From a virus, in the IMG/VR virus record IMGVR_UViG_3300014720_000002: a DNA stretch of 64,000 nt. One strand, written 5' to 3'. Below the pieces are notes generated by a model that did no database searches, was not told the origin of the DNA, and worked only from the letters and a program-made list of their open reading frames with translations. Position 1 is the first letter of the stretch, and each line of letters opens with the position of its first letter. A program made the position numbers and the translations under genes. Below are positions 24,248 to 32,891 of the stretch, in pieces.

Positions 24248-25714
24248 GTGAGACAAGAACTTCTAACTTGGCTGGTTGATGACATTGCTCCGGCAGTGAA
24301 GCAGGGCGCTTCGGCCGAGGACGCAATCATCAAGCTCGCGACCGATCAAAACCTTGCCCCGGCTGCCGTCGAGGCGCTTGGCCAGTTGTTCAACACGGCC
24401 AAGACTGTCTCCTACCTGGACAAGGCAGCTTCGCGCGGCGGCACCTTCAAGATTCTCGACGTGCCGGGACTGGTGTCGCGGTATCTCACGATGAAGCCCG
24501 TCACCACCTCGACCAAGACCGCTGGCGCCGAGCCGCTGTGGGAGGCCGATTGGGACGAGGTGCAGACCCTGCCCTCCGTGCTCAAGTCGCTGGTGCAGGA
24601 CGCCGACCCCGTGCTGGAGACTGCCATGCCGGCAGCGCACATCCTGGCCAAGAGCGCCTCCGCGCCGCTGGCATCGCAGGATCTCGTCAAGGCCGCCGGG
24701 GATGTGCTGCGTCAGCGCGAGTTCGACCTGCTGGAAGATGCGCGAGGCGTGCTTCGACAGATCCACGCCAAGGTGGCGGGCTGCACCATCTCGTTCAGCG
24801 AGGTGGAGGCGGATGCCCTGCTGCTGCACGGCGACAAGATCAAACCTGCCGTCGAGCAGGCGGCGCGTTTCTGCAAGGCTTCGCACCTGGCGGTTGAGCG
24901 TGCTACCGGCCCCGGCTCCCGGCGCCTGGTGATCGACACCGAAGGCATGCAGCCGCTCTTCCTCAAGCTGGCCGAACTGCAGTCACAGCTTGATCAGGTG
25001 CGCGGCAAGACCACGCAGATGGATGCGTTGACCAAGGAGGCGGTCAGCGCCGCCACGGCCACTGAGTCGTCCCGTGCATCCACCAAGCCCAAGGTGCCTG
25101 ACATGCACGCCGCCCCGGCCGATGACGCCGAAGGTGGCAAAGGTTCTGATCGAGGCGACCGTTCTTCCGGCGGCAAACCGCAAGGCGGCAAGCCTGCGCG
25201 ACCTTCTGGTGGCGGTAGCTCACCCTCTGCGCCCAGTGGTGGCAAGGGTGGCGGCGGCAGTGCCAAGACAGTGCTGACGGACTCGTCGGAGTGGCTGTCC
25301 AAAGGACCGGTTGGCGCCATGGCCGACGAGTATGTCAGCCAGGCCAAGAAGGTGCTGATGTCGCCAAACAACACCGGGCAGGAACTCGTGGACGACAGCG
25401 CGCAGGATTACGAGCAGACCTCCATGCTGCAGAAGCTGCTCCTGACCGATGAAGTGCTGTCTGACGCCGACCCTGAGCGCGTTGCCGAAATCTACAACAC
25501 GTTCCGGACCACGATGCCGGCGTTGGCGGCTGATCCAAATGTGATGCGCGTCGCGCTGCGCAGCGCGCTGCAGCACGACGGCATCGCGCCGTTCGATGTG
25601 AAAGGTTTCCTCGACACGCAACTGGCCGCGCAGCGGATGGACCTCAACCGCCGGCAGTTGAAAGACACCCTCTACAAGGGCAAAGACTTGCCAGCCGCCA
25701 AGGGACGGGATTAA
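24248..25714 (+). CDS. Head-associated protein with KxA sites and a Gly/Ser/Pro linker
   Basis: GTG start chosen downstream of the promoter. Contains IIKLAT, LDKAAS, LAKSAS, LVKAAG, LTKEAV. Confidence 0.6.
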   Translation: MRQELLTWLVDDIAPAVKQGASAEDAIIKLATDQNLAPAAVEALGQLFNTAKTVSYLDKAASRGGTFKILDVPGLVSRYLTMKPVTTSTKTAGAEPLWEADWDEVQTLPSVLKSLVQDADPVLETAMPAAHILAKSASAPLASQDLVKAAGDVLRQREFDLLEDARGVLRQIHAKVAGCTISFSEVEADALLLHGDKIKPAVEQAARFCKASHLAVERATGPGSRRLVIDTEGMQPLFLKLAELQSQLDQVRGKTTQMDALTKEAVSAATATESSRASTKPKVPDMHAAPADDAEGGKGSDRGDRSSGGKPQGGKPARPSGGGSSPSAPSGGKGGGGSAKTVLTDSSEWLSKGPVGAMADEYVSQAKKVLMSPNNTGQELVDDSAQDYEQTSMLQKLLLTDEVLSDADPERVAEIYNTFRTTMPALAADPNVMRVALRSALQHDGIAPFDVKGFLDTQLAAQRMDLNRRQLKDTLYKGKDLPAAKGRD

Positions 25715-25724
25715 ACTCTCCGGC

Positions 25725-26033
25725 ATGAGCGAGCCCACCATCCAGGCCAAGGTCGATCCCGCCCGGCATGCCGCCGATGTCCTGCAGCAGCTTTTCCAGT
25801 CGGATCCGGAGGGCTGTCAGAAATTTATCGCCAACCGCACCACCGTGGAACTGAAGGGGCCGGACACGCTGCCGGTTGAGTTCGTCAAGAAAGGCGACAA
25901 GATCACAGTGGGGCCGCTGGGCCTGCTCAATGGCGTGCTGGCCGGATTGTCCAACAACTATGTCTGCGCCACCGTCAACGAGGAGGGCCGCATCGTCGGC
26001 TTCAGCACCATGCCGCGCCAACTCCCGTCATGA
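25725..26033 (+). CDS. Hypothetical protein
   Basis: 102 aa, ITVGPLGLLNGVLAG, ATGA overlap downstream. Confidence 0.6.
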   Translation: MSEPTIQAKVDPARHAADVLQQLFQSDPEGCQKFIANRTTVELKGPDTLPVEFVKKGDKITVGPLGLLNGVLAGLSNNYVCATVNEEGRIVGFSTMPRQLPS

Positions 26034-26644
26034 AAATCCGCAAGCTCGTTGAGAACCTGGGTGGACGCTACCACGTCCAGATTTCACCGTTCGACTTCAC
26101 GGCGCTGGAGGAGGAGAAGCTCGCGGTGTTTGGCGAGCCCATCGTCAATGCCGGCGGCACCTTCCTCGGCGACGTGACCCGGCCTGGTCAGGTCAACACC
26201 GTGGTGGCTGCCTCGGGCGGCGGTGGCAGTGGCGCCACGTTCGAGCCGGTTCTCGACATCAACGGCGCCATCGTGGAGATCAAGATTCTCACCCAGGGCA
26301 CCGGCTACACGTCCAGCCCGACACTGACCATCACCGGCGCTGGTTCCGGGGCAGAGGCGCTGGCTGTGGTCGAGGACGGCAAGGTCACGGACATCGAGAT
26401 CATCGCCTCCGGCACCGGGTATCAGAAGACGCCGGTGACGGTCTCGTTCACGCTACCCAACCGGCATCGCCGGCTGCGTTCTGACTTTCCCGTCAAGCAG
26501 GTGTTCGACCTGGCCGATGATGTCAATGCCGACGCCAAGGCCGAGCACTGGGCCAAGGTGGTGCAGGACCGCATGATCGAGGCGCGTGACTCGGTGCTGC
26601 TCCGTGCGCGGCCTCTCGAAGGCGAGACCGTGGTGACGGTGTGA
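26030..26644 (+). CDS. Virion protein carrying an inserted GxGY-x3-P beta-repeat module
   Basis: TQGTGYTSSPTLTITGAGSGAEALAVVEDGKVTDIEIIASGTGY is the same repeat type as in the sheath and the 57052 fibre. Confidence 0.65.
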   Translation: MKIRKLVENLGGRYHVQISPFDFTALEEEKLAVFGEPIVNAGGTFLGDVTRPGQVNTVVAASGGGGSGATFEPVLDINGAIVEIKILTQGTGYTSSPTLTITGAGSGAEALAVVEDGKVTDIEIIASGTGYQKTPVTVSFTLPNRHRRLRSDFPVKQVFDLADDVNADAKAEHWAKVVQDRMIEARDSVLLRARPLEGETVVTV

Positions 26645-26648
26645 TCGT

Positions 26649-27680
26649 ATGACCATCCCTCAAATCGACCCGCAACTGGTCAAGGATCTCGTCCTTCCCG
26701 GCCTCGTAGGCGCTGCCGGCGGTGGCGGACTGGCGGGCTATCTGGCCAGCCAGGAAGCCCGCCCTGACGAGGCTCCCGGCGAGCGGCGTCGGCGCATCAT
26801 GCGCAATGCGCTCATGGGCACGGCGCTGGGTGGCGTGACGGGCGCGGCTCTCCCGCAAGGTGTGAAGATGATGACAGGACCGTTTCGTGAAGGCGGAGCC
26901 AGTCCGGGCATGTTCTCGCGGGGCGTGGATGGCTTGACTGATTTCGGCATCAACCACGCCGCAGGGTTGGGCACGCTGGCCCTGGGCGGCATGGGTGTCA
27001 GGCATCTGGTGCGCAGCAACCGGACCAACGCGCTGCGCCGCATCGCCCAGATGGTCAAGGGCGAGAAGTCCCTGGCGCACCGCATCACTCCCGGCGAACT
27101 CACACCCGATGTCCTCCATTCGTTCCTCACCGCTTCACCGGAAAACCGGTCCAAGGTCATGCACGTTGTGGACAGTGCTCTGAACCGCCGGTCGGAGCGG
27201 GGCATGGGCCTGGCTGCCAACGAGCTTCTGATGGAGGCTGGCGTGCGAGGGTTCCCGTTCAACCGGGCCACTGCGTTTGCTGACGAGAGCTACGACCTGC
27301 TGCACTCCAAGCCGGTGCCCAAGCGGGTGGCGCGCGGTCTGGCTGAGCATCTTGGCCAGTCCGGTCGTGGCTTCATGTCCAACCAGGTGGCGCGCATCGC
27401 CGACGGGACTGGTCCGTTGCTGGGTGACGCCGGCAAGCGCATGACCCGTGGCATCTCTGATCTCATGCCCGCCTGGGTGCCCGATCACATTGCCCAGCGC
27501 ATCGCCGGAATTCCGAGCACGCGTGGCCATGACATTGGGCGGATGTTCTCGGAAGTGTTCCGTCCTTCGCTGCGAGGTTCGGAGGGCATCTCGCAGTTCT
27601 CGCCTACCACCATGACGGCTGGGACGCTGGCGGGTGCGGGTGCCGCCGATGAACTGCAGAACCGCCTGATGGGCAACTAG
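26649..27680 (+). CDS. Gly-zipper-containing putative internal head protein
   Basis: GLVGAAGGGGLAGY, GTALGGVTGAA, GLGTLALGGMG segments. Confidence 0.6.
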   Translation: MTIPQIDPQLVKDLVLPGLVGAAGGGGLAGYLASQEARPDEAPGERRRRIMRNALMGTALGGVTGAALPQGVKMMTGPFREGGASPGMFSRGVDGLTDFGINHAAGLGTLALGGMGVRHLVRSNRTNALRRIAQMVKGEKSLAHRITPGELTPDVLHSFLTASPENRSKVMHVVDSALNRRSERGMGLAANELLMEAGVRGFPFNRATAFADESYDLLHSKPVPKRVARGLAEHLGQSGRGFMSNQVARIADGTGPLLGDAGKRMTRGISDLMPAWVPDHIAQRIAGIPSTRGHDIGRMFSEVFRPSLRGSEGISQFSPTTMTAGTLAGAGAADELQNRLMGN

Positions 27681-27683
27681 CGC

Positions 27684-29147
27684 ATGGACAAGGTCATCTT
27701 CTCCCACGACAACGACGCGGTCCTGAAACGGGCCGGCGGGCATCTGGCCTTCCTGTTCGAGAATGCGCGTCAGGTGAAGTCGGCGGCCTCGTCGGCTTTC
27801 TCTGACAAGCTGCTGCGCCAGCATCTGCCGGACGACAACCACTTCGGCGTGCACCTCATTGCCATGGGGGCGAGCGAGAACTACGGCTTCAACAAGAACG
27901 GCGACCACTGGGCCAGGCCCGACCTCAAAGCCCGGCACGACACGTTCGTGAAGTGCGGTCATTTCTTCGTCGAGCACCGCAACCGCGATCCCAAGCTCGC
28001 CATCGGCAAGATCGCGGCGTCGGGCTACAACGACGAGATGGACCGGGTGGAGTTGGTGGTGCACGGCTGCAAGAAGAAGGCGGCGGAACAGCACGAGCGC
28101 GCCAAGCGAGGTGAGCCACTCGCCTTCTCGATGTCAGCGCGGGTGCCCCACGATGTCTGCTCGTGCTGCGAGAACCACGCCAAGAGCGCGCGGTTTTATT
28201 GCACGCATCTGGCCAACCGCATGACCCAGTTCGTGCCGGAGTTCCAGAAGTTCGCCTACGCGCGCAATCCGCAGCCGACGTTCTTCGACATCTCCGACGT
28301 GCGTAATCCGGCTGACCGCATCGCCTGGTATCTCGAATACATGCTGGACAAGGACAACCAGAAGGCGGCGTCGGCGGAGTTCCCGTTCAGCAACCTGGTG
28401 GCCGAGCGCATCGGCGTCGGACTGCCGACGGAGTTGGGCTGGTCCACCGTGGCGGGACGGGCCGTGCTGGAAAAGCTCGCGCACGAGGAGGCGTTCACGC
28501 AGGCCGTCCTCCGGGGCGAAGTGAAAAGCGAGGATGGTCGCGCGCATCTCGTGAAAGAAGCGATGCCGTTCCTGTTCACGGGCGACGAGATTTCTGACGC
28601 GCAGTTGCAGATCTTGCGGCAGGTGCAGCCCGACGTGGTGTTTCACCATCTGGCCAAGCATGCGGCCGTGCTGCCTTTTCCAACTTTCTTCGCGATGGTC
28701 AACGGCATCACACTGGCCGAAGCGGATCAGCACGCGGTCTGCAAGGCCGCACAGCAGAAGCTGTCCACGCTGTTCCGCGACCTGCAGCAACAGCCGGCCG
28801 AGCCGGAACTGGAGCAGTTGTTCGCGCCGGCATCGCTGTTCAAGGCCGCCTGTGAGTGTGGGCCGGGTGACCCGGTTCAGTCACTACTCGACCAGGTCGG
28901 CGAGAAACTTTCCATGCAACCTGCCCAGGTGCGTGTCCGGGTGGTTCGGACCTGTGCAGCCGCCCCGGAGCAACACAAGAGCGCGTCGGCTGTTTCCGAC
29001 GAGTTCCCGGCCGAGGTCATGGAGAAGGCGGCGAACGTCAGCCGTGCCTACGCCACTTACAGGGTGGCGCAGTTGGTTCACCTCACTGATCACAACCTGA
29101 TTGACGATCCGGTTGTGCCGCTGCTATTCTGTCAGCACAAACGCTAA
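27684..29147 (+). CDS. Putative prohead maturation protease (HK97/assemblin-like) with Cys/His Zn-binding insert
   Basis: YGFNKNGDHW, FFVEHRN, AIGKI, LAFSMSARVPHDVCSCCEN...FYCTHL. Located before the scaffold, cement and capsid genes. Confidence 0.65.
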   Translation: MDKVIFSHDNDAVLKRAGGHLAFLFENARQVKSAASSAFSDKLLRQHLPDDNHFGVHLIAMGASENYGFNKNGDHWARPDLKARHDTFVKCGHFFVEHRNRDPKLAIGKIAASGYNDEMDRVELVVHGCKKKAAEQHERAKRGEPLAFSMSARVPHDVCSCCENHAKSARFYCTHLANRMTQFVPEFQKFAYARNPQPTFFDISDVRNPADRIAWYLEYMLDKDNQKAASAEFPFSNLVAERIGVGLPTELGWSTVAGRAVLEKLAHEEAFTQAVLRGEVKSEDGRAHLVKEAMPFLFTGDEISDAQLQILRQVQPDVVFHHLAKHAAVLPFPTFFAMVNGITLAEADQHAVCKAAQQKLSTLFRDLQQQPAEPELEQLFAPASLFKAACECGPGDPVQSLLDQVGEKLSMQPAQVRVRVVRTCAAAPEQHKSASAVSDEFPAEVMEKAANVSRAYATYRVAQLVHLTDHNLIDDPVVPLLFCQHKR

Positions 29148-29152
29148 CCGCT

Positions 29153-30340
29153 ATGTCTCAATCAATCCTCACCTTCGAGCAGCTTGGCCAGCGCCTCAAC
29201 GCCCGTTCCAAGTCGGCCTCCACTCCCGCGACGCCGACCAAGTCGGCCTGTGATGTTCCGGCCGTGCCGGAGAAAGATCCGCAGGACAAGGGCAACGTGG
29301 GCGTGCCGGTTGATCCCGCCGCCGCGCCCGCCAAGCAGAACGTGCCGGCCAGCGCCAGCAACGGCGGCGCCACTCCGACGCTCCCCGCTCCTGCGCCGGC
29401 CAAGACCGTTTCCGGCGAGGAGTCGCCGTCGCTCACCGACAAGATCGCCAAGGTGTCGTCCGGCATTGCCGGTGCCATCACCGCGATGCGCGCCGGCAAG
29501 TCCGCCTCCGAAGCTGCGCCGCCGAACGACAAGAAGAACACCGACGGCGACGCCGGCAAGGAAGCCAAGCCGGCGGATGCCGCCAAGGATCCCGCTGCCG
29601 CACCGGCTCCCGCTCCGGCCGCCGACCCCAAGGGTGCGCTGCCCAAGACCGAGCCGACCAACACGGACGCCAAGAAGGAGGCCAGCGAAGAAGTCACCAT
29701 CGACCCGGCGCTCTATGCCAAGTTCGCGGCGGAACTCGCCACCAGCGAGGAAGGCCAGGCGGTGATGCGCAAGATCGCTGAAGCCAAGTTCGGCGCTGGC
29801 GTGGCTGACGACCTGATCAAGGCCGCCATGTTCATGGCCGAGCAGGAAGCCCTCATCGAGGAAGCTGAGGCGTCCGGCGCATTTGCCGCCGAGGAAGCGT
29901 TCAAGTCTGCCTCTGCCGAGGACCAGCAGGCCATCATCAAGCTCGCCCACATCCACCAGGCCGGAGTCGCTGGCTGCACGGATGAACTGGAGCAGCACTT
30001 CTACCTGGAAGGCGCCAAGGCGGCTGCCGCCATGATGGAAGATCCCGCCATGATGGGCGAGGAGATGCCGGCCGACTACAACGGCGAGGGTGTGTCCGAC
30101 ACCGACATCGTCGCCGTGCTCGACCAACTCGTGCAGTCTGGCAAGGTCACCCCGGAAGAGGCCGCCCAGGCGCTGGCCATTCTGCAGGGTGGCGGCGAAG
30201 GCGGCGGTGAAGCTCATCCGGCTGGTGCCGGGGAACCGGCCGACGACGCTCCGCCCGAAGAGAAGGAAGCGCACGCGATTCTCAAGCAGGCCAACGCCAT
30301 CGCCGCAGGCGAGACGCCGGCTGCTCCTGCCAAGGCATAA
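29153..30340 (+). CDS. Putative scaffolding protein
   Basis: Ala/Pro/Glu-rich low complexity plus acidic helices with many KxA sites, lying between the protease and capsid genes. Confidence 0.65.
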   Translation: MSQSILTFEQLGQRLNARSKSASTPATPTKSACDVPAVPEKDPQDKGNVGVPVDPAAAPAKQNVPASASNGGATPTLPAPAPAKTVSGEESPSLTDKIAKVSSGIAGAITAMRAGKSASEAAPPNDKKNTDGDAGKEAKPADAAKDPAAAPAPAPAADPKGALPKTEPTNTDAKKEASEEVTIDPALYAKFAAELATSEEGQAVMRKIAEAKFGAGVADDLIKAAMFMAEQEALIEEAEASGAFAAEEAFKSASAEDQQAIIKLAHIHQAGVAGCTDELEQHFYLEGAKAAAAMMEDPAMMGEEMPADYNGEGVSDTDIVAVLDQLVQSGKVTPEEAAQALAILQGGGEGGGEAHPAGAGEPADDAPPEEKEAHAILKQANAIAAGETPAAPAKA

Positions 30341-30361
30341 CCGGCAGACATCGTTTCCGGC

Positions 30362-30850
30362 ATGGACCGCAATCTTCATGACGCAGTGGCGGGTCCGATG
30401 GGGGAAGCCCTGGCTACCTTGGAGGAAGCACTGTTGCAGCATGCGTCCGACCAGGCCAAGATTGCCGCCCTAACGGGCAAGCTCGCCGAGCAGGAACAAG
30501 TTCTCCTGCGGGTGGCTGATCTGGAGACCAAGCTTGCGGCGCAGGACAAGGTTATCCTGGAGAAGGTGGCGGCTGGTCGCCGTCCATTCGCCGCAGGCGA
30601 CCTGCAGAACTGCCTTACCCGGCTGGTCAATCTACATCTGCTGCGACCTGAGGTTCAGGAGAAGGTTGCCTCAGAACTTCAAGAGAATCCCAACCGGGTG
30701 TTCGGCATGATGCTCAGCCTGACCCAGGCGCTCATGAGCACGCCTTCGGAAGGCCAGCCGCTTACCAAGGAGGCTGACACCGATGCTGACGCCGACCCTG
30801 ACGGCTGGTGGCGCGCGGCGCGTGGCCTGCCGGTGGCAATGCGCTCGTGA
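30362..30850 (+). CDS. Coiled-coil head-assembly protein
   Basis: Heptad repeat containing LEKVAA, QEKVAS, LTKEAD. Confidence 0.6.
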   Translation: MDRNLHDAVAGPMGEALATLEEALLQHASDQAKIAALTGKLAEQEQVLLRVADLETKLAAQDKVILEKVAAGRRPFAAGDLQNCLTRLVNLHLLRPEVQEKVASELQENPNRVFGMMLSLTQALMSTPSEGQPLTKEADTDADADPDGWWRAARGLPVAMRS

Positions 30851-31158
30851 ACACCTTGTCCCCATCGTCTCGGCTGGAGGTTGCATTCGTGCTGGTCAAG
30901 CAGGCCGGTGCTTTGAACTGGCTGGCCCGCGGCGCTCGTGCTCTGCGCGGCACCATGAATGTCCCCATCGGGCGCACCCTCAACCCAGATCTCAGCGAGA
31001 TGGTCCTGCGCCAGCCCAAGACCAACTGGTTGCCGCGCAGTCTGCGTCCGGCGCCTAAGAAGCTGCCCATCGCACCAGACGGCGGTGATTCCGTTTTCCG
31101 TCCTCAAGCTCCTGCAACTGGTGGCTTGCCTTTTGAGCGTCCGCCTGGCAGTCTTTGA
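30847..31158 (+). CDS. Small protein with LVKQA leader
   Basis: GTGA overlap. MNTLSPSSRLEVAFVLVKQAG resembles the 7112 leader. Confidence 0.5.
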   Translation: MNTLSPSSRLEVAFVLVKQAGALNWLARGARALRGTMNVPIGRTLNPDLSEMVLRQPKTNWLPRSLRPAPKKLPIAPDGGDSVFRPQAPATGGLPFERPPGSL

Positions 31159-31243
31159 ACCGTCAACACTTTGAGGGGAATCCTCAAGCCCAGCGCCGGC
31201 TGTTCCGGCGGTGGTGAGTCAACAGTAGAAACGAAGCACACAA

Positions 31244-31789
31244 ATGCCTACTTACGGTGAATACCGGCGTTCAGTGCCCCGCGTCAACGTCCGTCGTGGT
31301 TACCACGGCAACGAGACCAGCGGCCTGACCCGCACCGCCAAGCCCAAGGCGAATGAAAGCATCCAGTCCGGTCAACTCATCTCCCTCGACAGCAATGGCG
31401 AGTGGGTCAAGGGTGTGGCCGCTGGCAAGGAACCGTTCATCGCGTTCCATGACCAGGCCGACACGGATGTTCAGTCGTCAGGGCTGCTTCTCGGGCTCTC
31501 ATGCGCCGGGGATTACGTGATCGAAACAGGCTGGTTCGTGGCCGCGTCCGTCTATGCCGAGGGCACTCCCCTCATGGCCGCGACGGGTGGCGACGCTGGA
31601 TCAGTGAACGTGGCCACCGATGGCTATGCTGGAACCACCGACATCGTTGGCGTCGTCTCGCACGGCGGCAAGCAGAACGTCGCGGCGGTCAACAGCCAGG
31701 CCGCCGCCACCGTCGTCAGCAGCGTGCTCACGCTCAATGTGCTGACGTTCACGACCCGCTGGATCCCGCATCGCGCGGATCAGGCTTAA
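31244..31789 (+). CDS. Capsid cement/decoration protein
   Basis: Small beta-rich protein directly upstream of the MCP (IQSGQLISLDSNGEWVKG...YAEGTPL...G). Confidence 0.65.
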   Translation: MPTYGEYRRSVPRVNVRRGYHGNETSGLTRTAKPKANESIQSGQLISLDSNGEWVKGVAAGKEPFIAFHDQADTDVQSSGLLLGLSCAGDYVIETGWFVAASVYAEGTPLMAATGGDAGSVNVATDGYAGTTDIVGVVSHGGKQNVAAVNSQAAATVVSSVLTLNVLTFTTRWIPHRADQA

Positions 31790-31818
31790 TGCCCTGAACC
31801 CAGAAAGGACTCACTACC

Positions 31819-32769
31819 ATGAATCCCCAGACTCAAGATCCAGTGGAAAACATCCAGGAACTGAACCAGAAACTTCTGGCGCAGATCGTGGAATCGCAGG
31901 ACGGCGAGGTCAAGCAGGCGAGCGCGGCCGGATCGAACATGATCCGCCGCAAGATCCGCGAGGAAGGTTTCCTCCGCCGGATCATCCCCGAGCAGACCGC
32001 GACCAACGACATGCTCGACCGGGTGCTCGAACACGACCGGCCCGTCATCATCGAAGACATGGAGCCGCTCTCCCGGGGCGCCCAGTCCATCCCGTTCGGG
32101 GCGAGTGCCTACGCTGAAGCCTACTACGGCAACAAGTTTGCCTGCGTCTTCAACGAGATCACGACCCCCGAGTGGACGAAGGACATCAACGAGTTGCGGA
32201 CCTACAAGATGGACCTCCGCCAGGTCATCACGGACAATTCCCTCAAGGACGTCCAGACCGAGGAGGACGGCAAGTTCATCGCCTCGGTGGACGACATCTG
32301 CGGGGCGAGCAACGGGGTCGGTGCAGCGGGGGTGCAGCAGCACTTCTCGTATAGTGGCGGGATCACGCGCGCGAACTACGTCAAGGCGCTGTCGGTCCTG
32401 GAAGACCAGTCCCTGAACAACGGGGTGTTCCTCTGCAATCGCAAGACTGCCAAGGAGTTCCTGAAGTTCAAGCGCGACGAAGTCGGCGGCGACCTGGCGG
32501 AGAAACTCTTCCAAGAGGGCCTCACCGCGCTGCAGACCTCGACGATCATGGGCGTGAAGCACATCTTCACGATCAAGCGCGACCTGGTCCCGGATGGCAT
32601 CGTCTATCTTTTCACGGAGCCCGGCTATCTCGGCCGATTCTACTCCTTGCAAAGTTTGACTCTGTTCGTGGAGAAGAAGAAGAACATCCTGCGCTTCTCG
32701 GCGCGGGAGACGATCTCGACCACCATCGCCAACCAGGCGGGTGTGGCCAAGATCAACTTCAACATCTAA
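31819..32769 (+). CDS. Major capsid protein (HK97 fold; recalls mycobacteriophage Bxz1-type MCP)
   Basis: IRRKIREEGFLRRII...YYGNKF...F.EITT...KDINEL...D...EEDGKFI. Positioned after protease, scaffold and cement, followed by a strong terminator, and with very biased codon usage. Confidence 0.8.
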   Translation: MNPQTQDPVENIQELNQKLLAQIVESQDGEVKQASAAGSNMIRRKIREEGFLRRIIPEQTATNDMLDRVLEHDRPVIIEDMEPLSRGAQSIPFGASAYAEAYYGNKFACVFNEITTPEWTKDINELRTYKMDLRQVITDNSLKDVQTEEDGKFIASVDDICGASNGVGAAGVQQHFSYSGGITRANYVKALSVLEDQSLNNGVFLCNRKTAKEFLKFKRDEVGGDLAEKLFQEGLTALQTSTIMGVKHIFTIKRDLVPDGIVYLFTEPGYLGRFYSLQSLTLFVEKKKNILRFSARETISTTIANQAGVAKINFNI

Positions 32770-32789
32770 TCCACGTCGAAAGACTCACG

Positions 32790-32825
32790 AACCGGCGGCT
32801 GTTCACTCAGCCGCCGGTTTCTTTT
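32790..32825 (+). terminator. Rho-independent terminator after MCP
   Basis: Perfect 12-bp stem AACCGGCGGCTG / CAGCCGCCGGTT, 6-nt loop, TCTTTT tail. Confidence 0.85.
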
Positions 32826-32846
32826 GGTGGAGGTCTGTCACTGGGA

Positions 32847-32880
32847 GCTTGTCTTTTCGCTGACGCACGCGCATCCTGTC
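32847..32880 (+). promoter_or_regulatory. Putative promoter GC-TTGTCT-N17-CATCCT
   Basis: Just downstream of the terminator. GCATCCTGT is shared with 51416-51424. Confidence 0.45.
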
Positions 32881-32891
32881 GGCACGTCATC

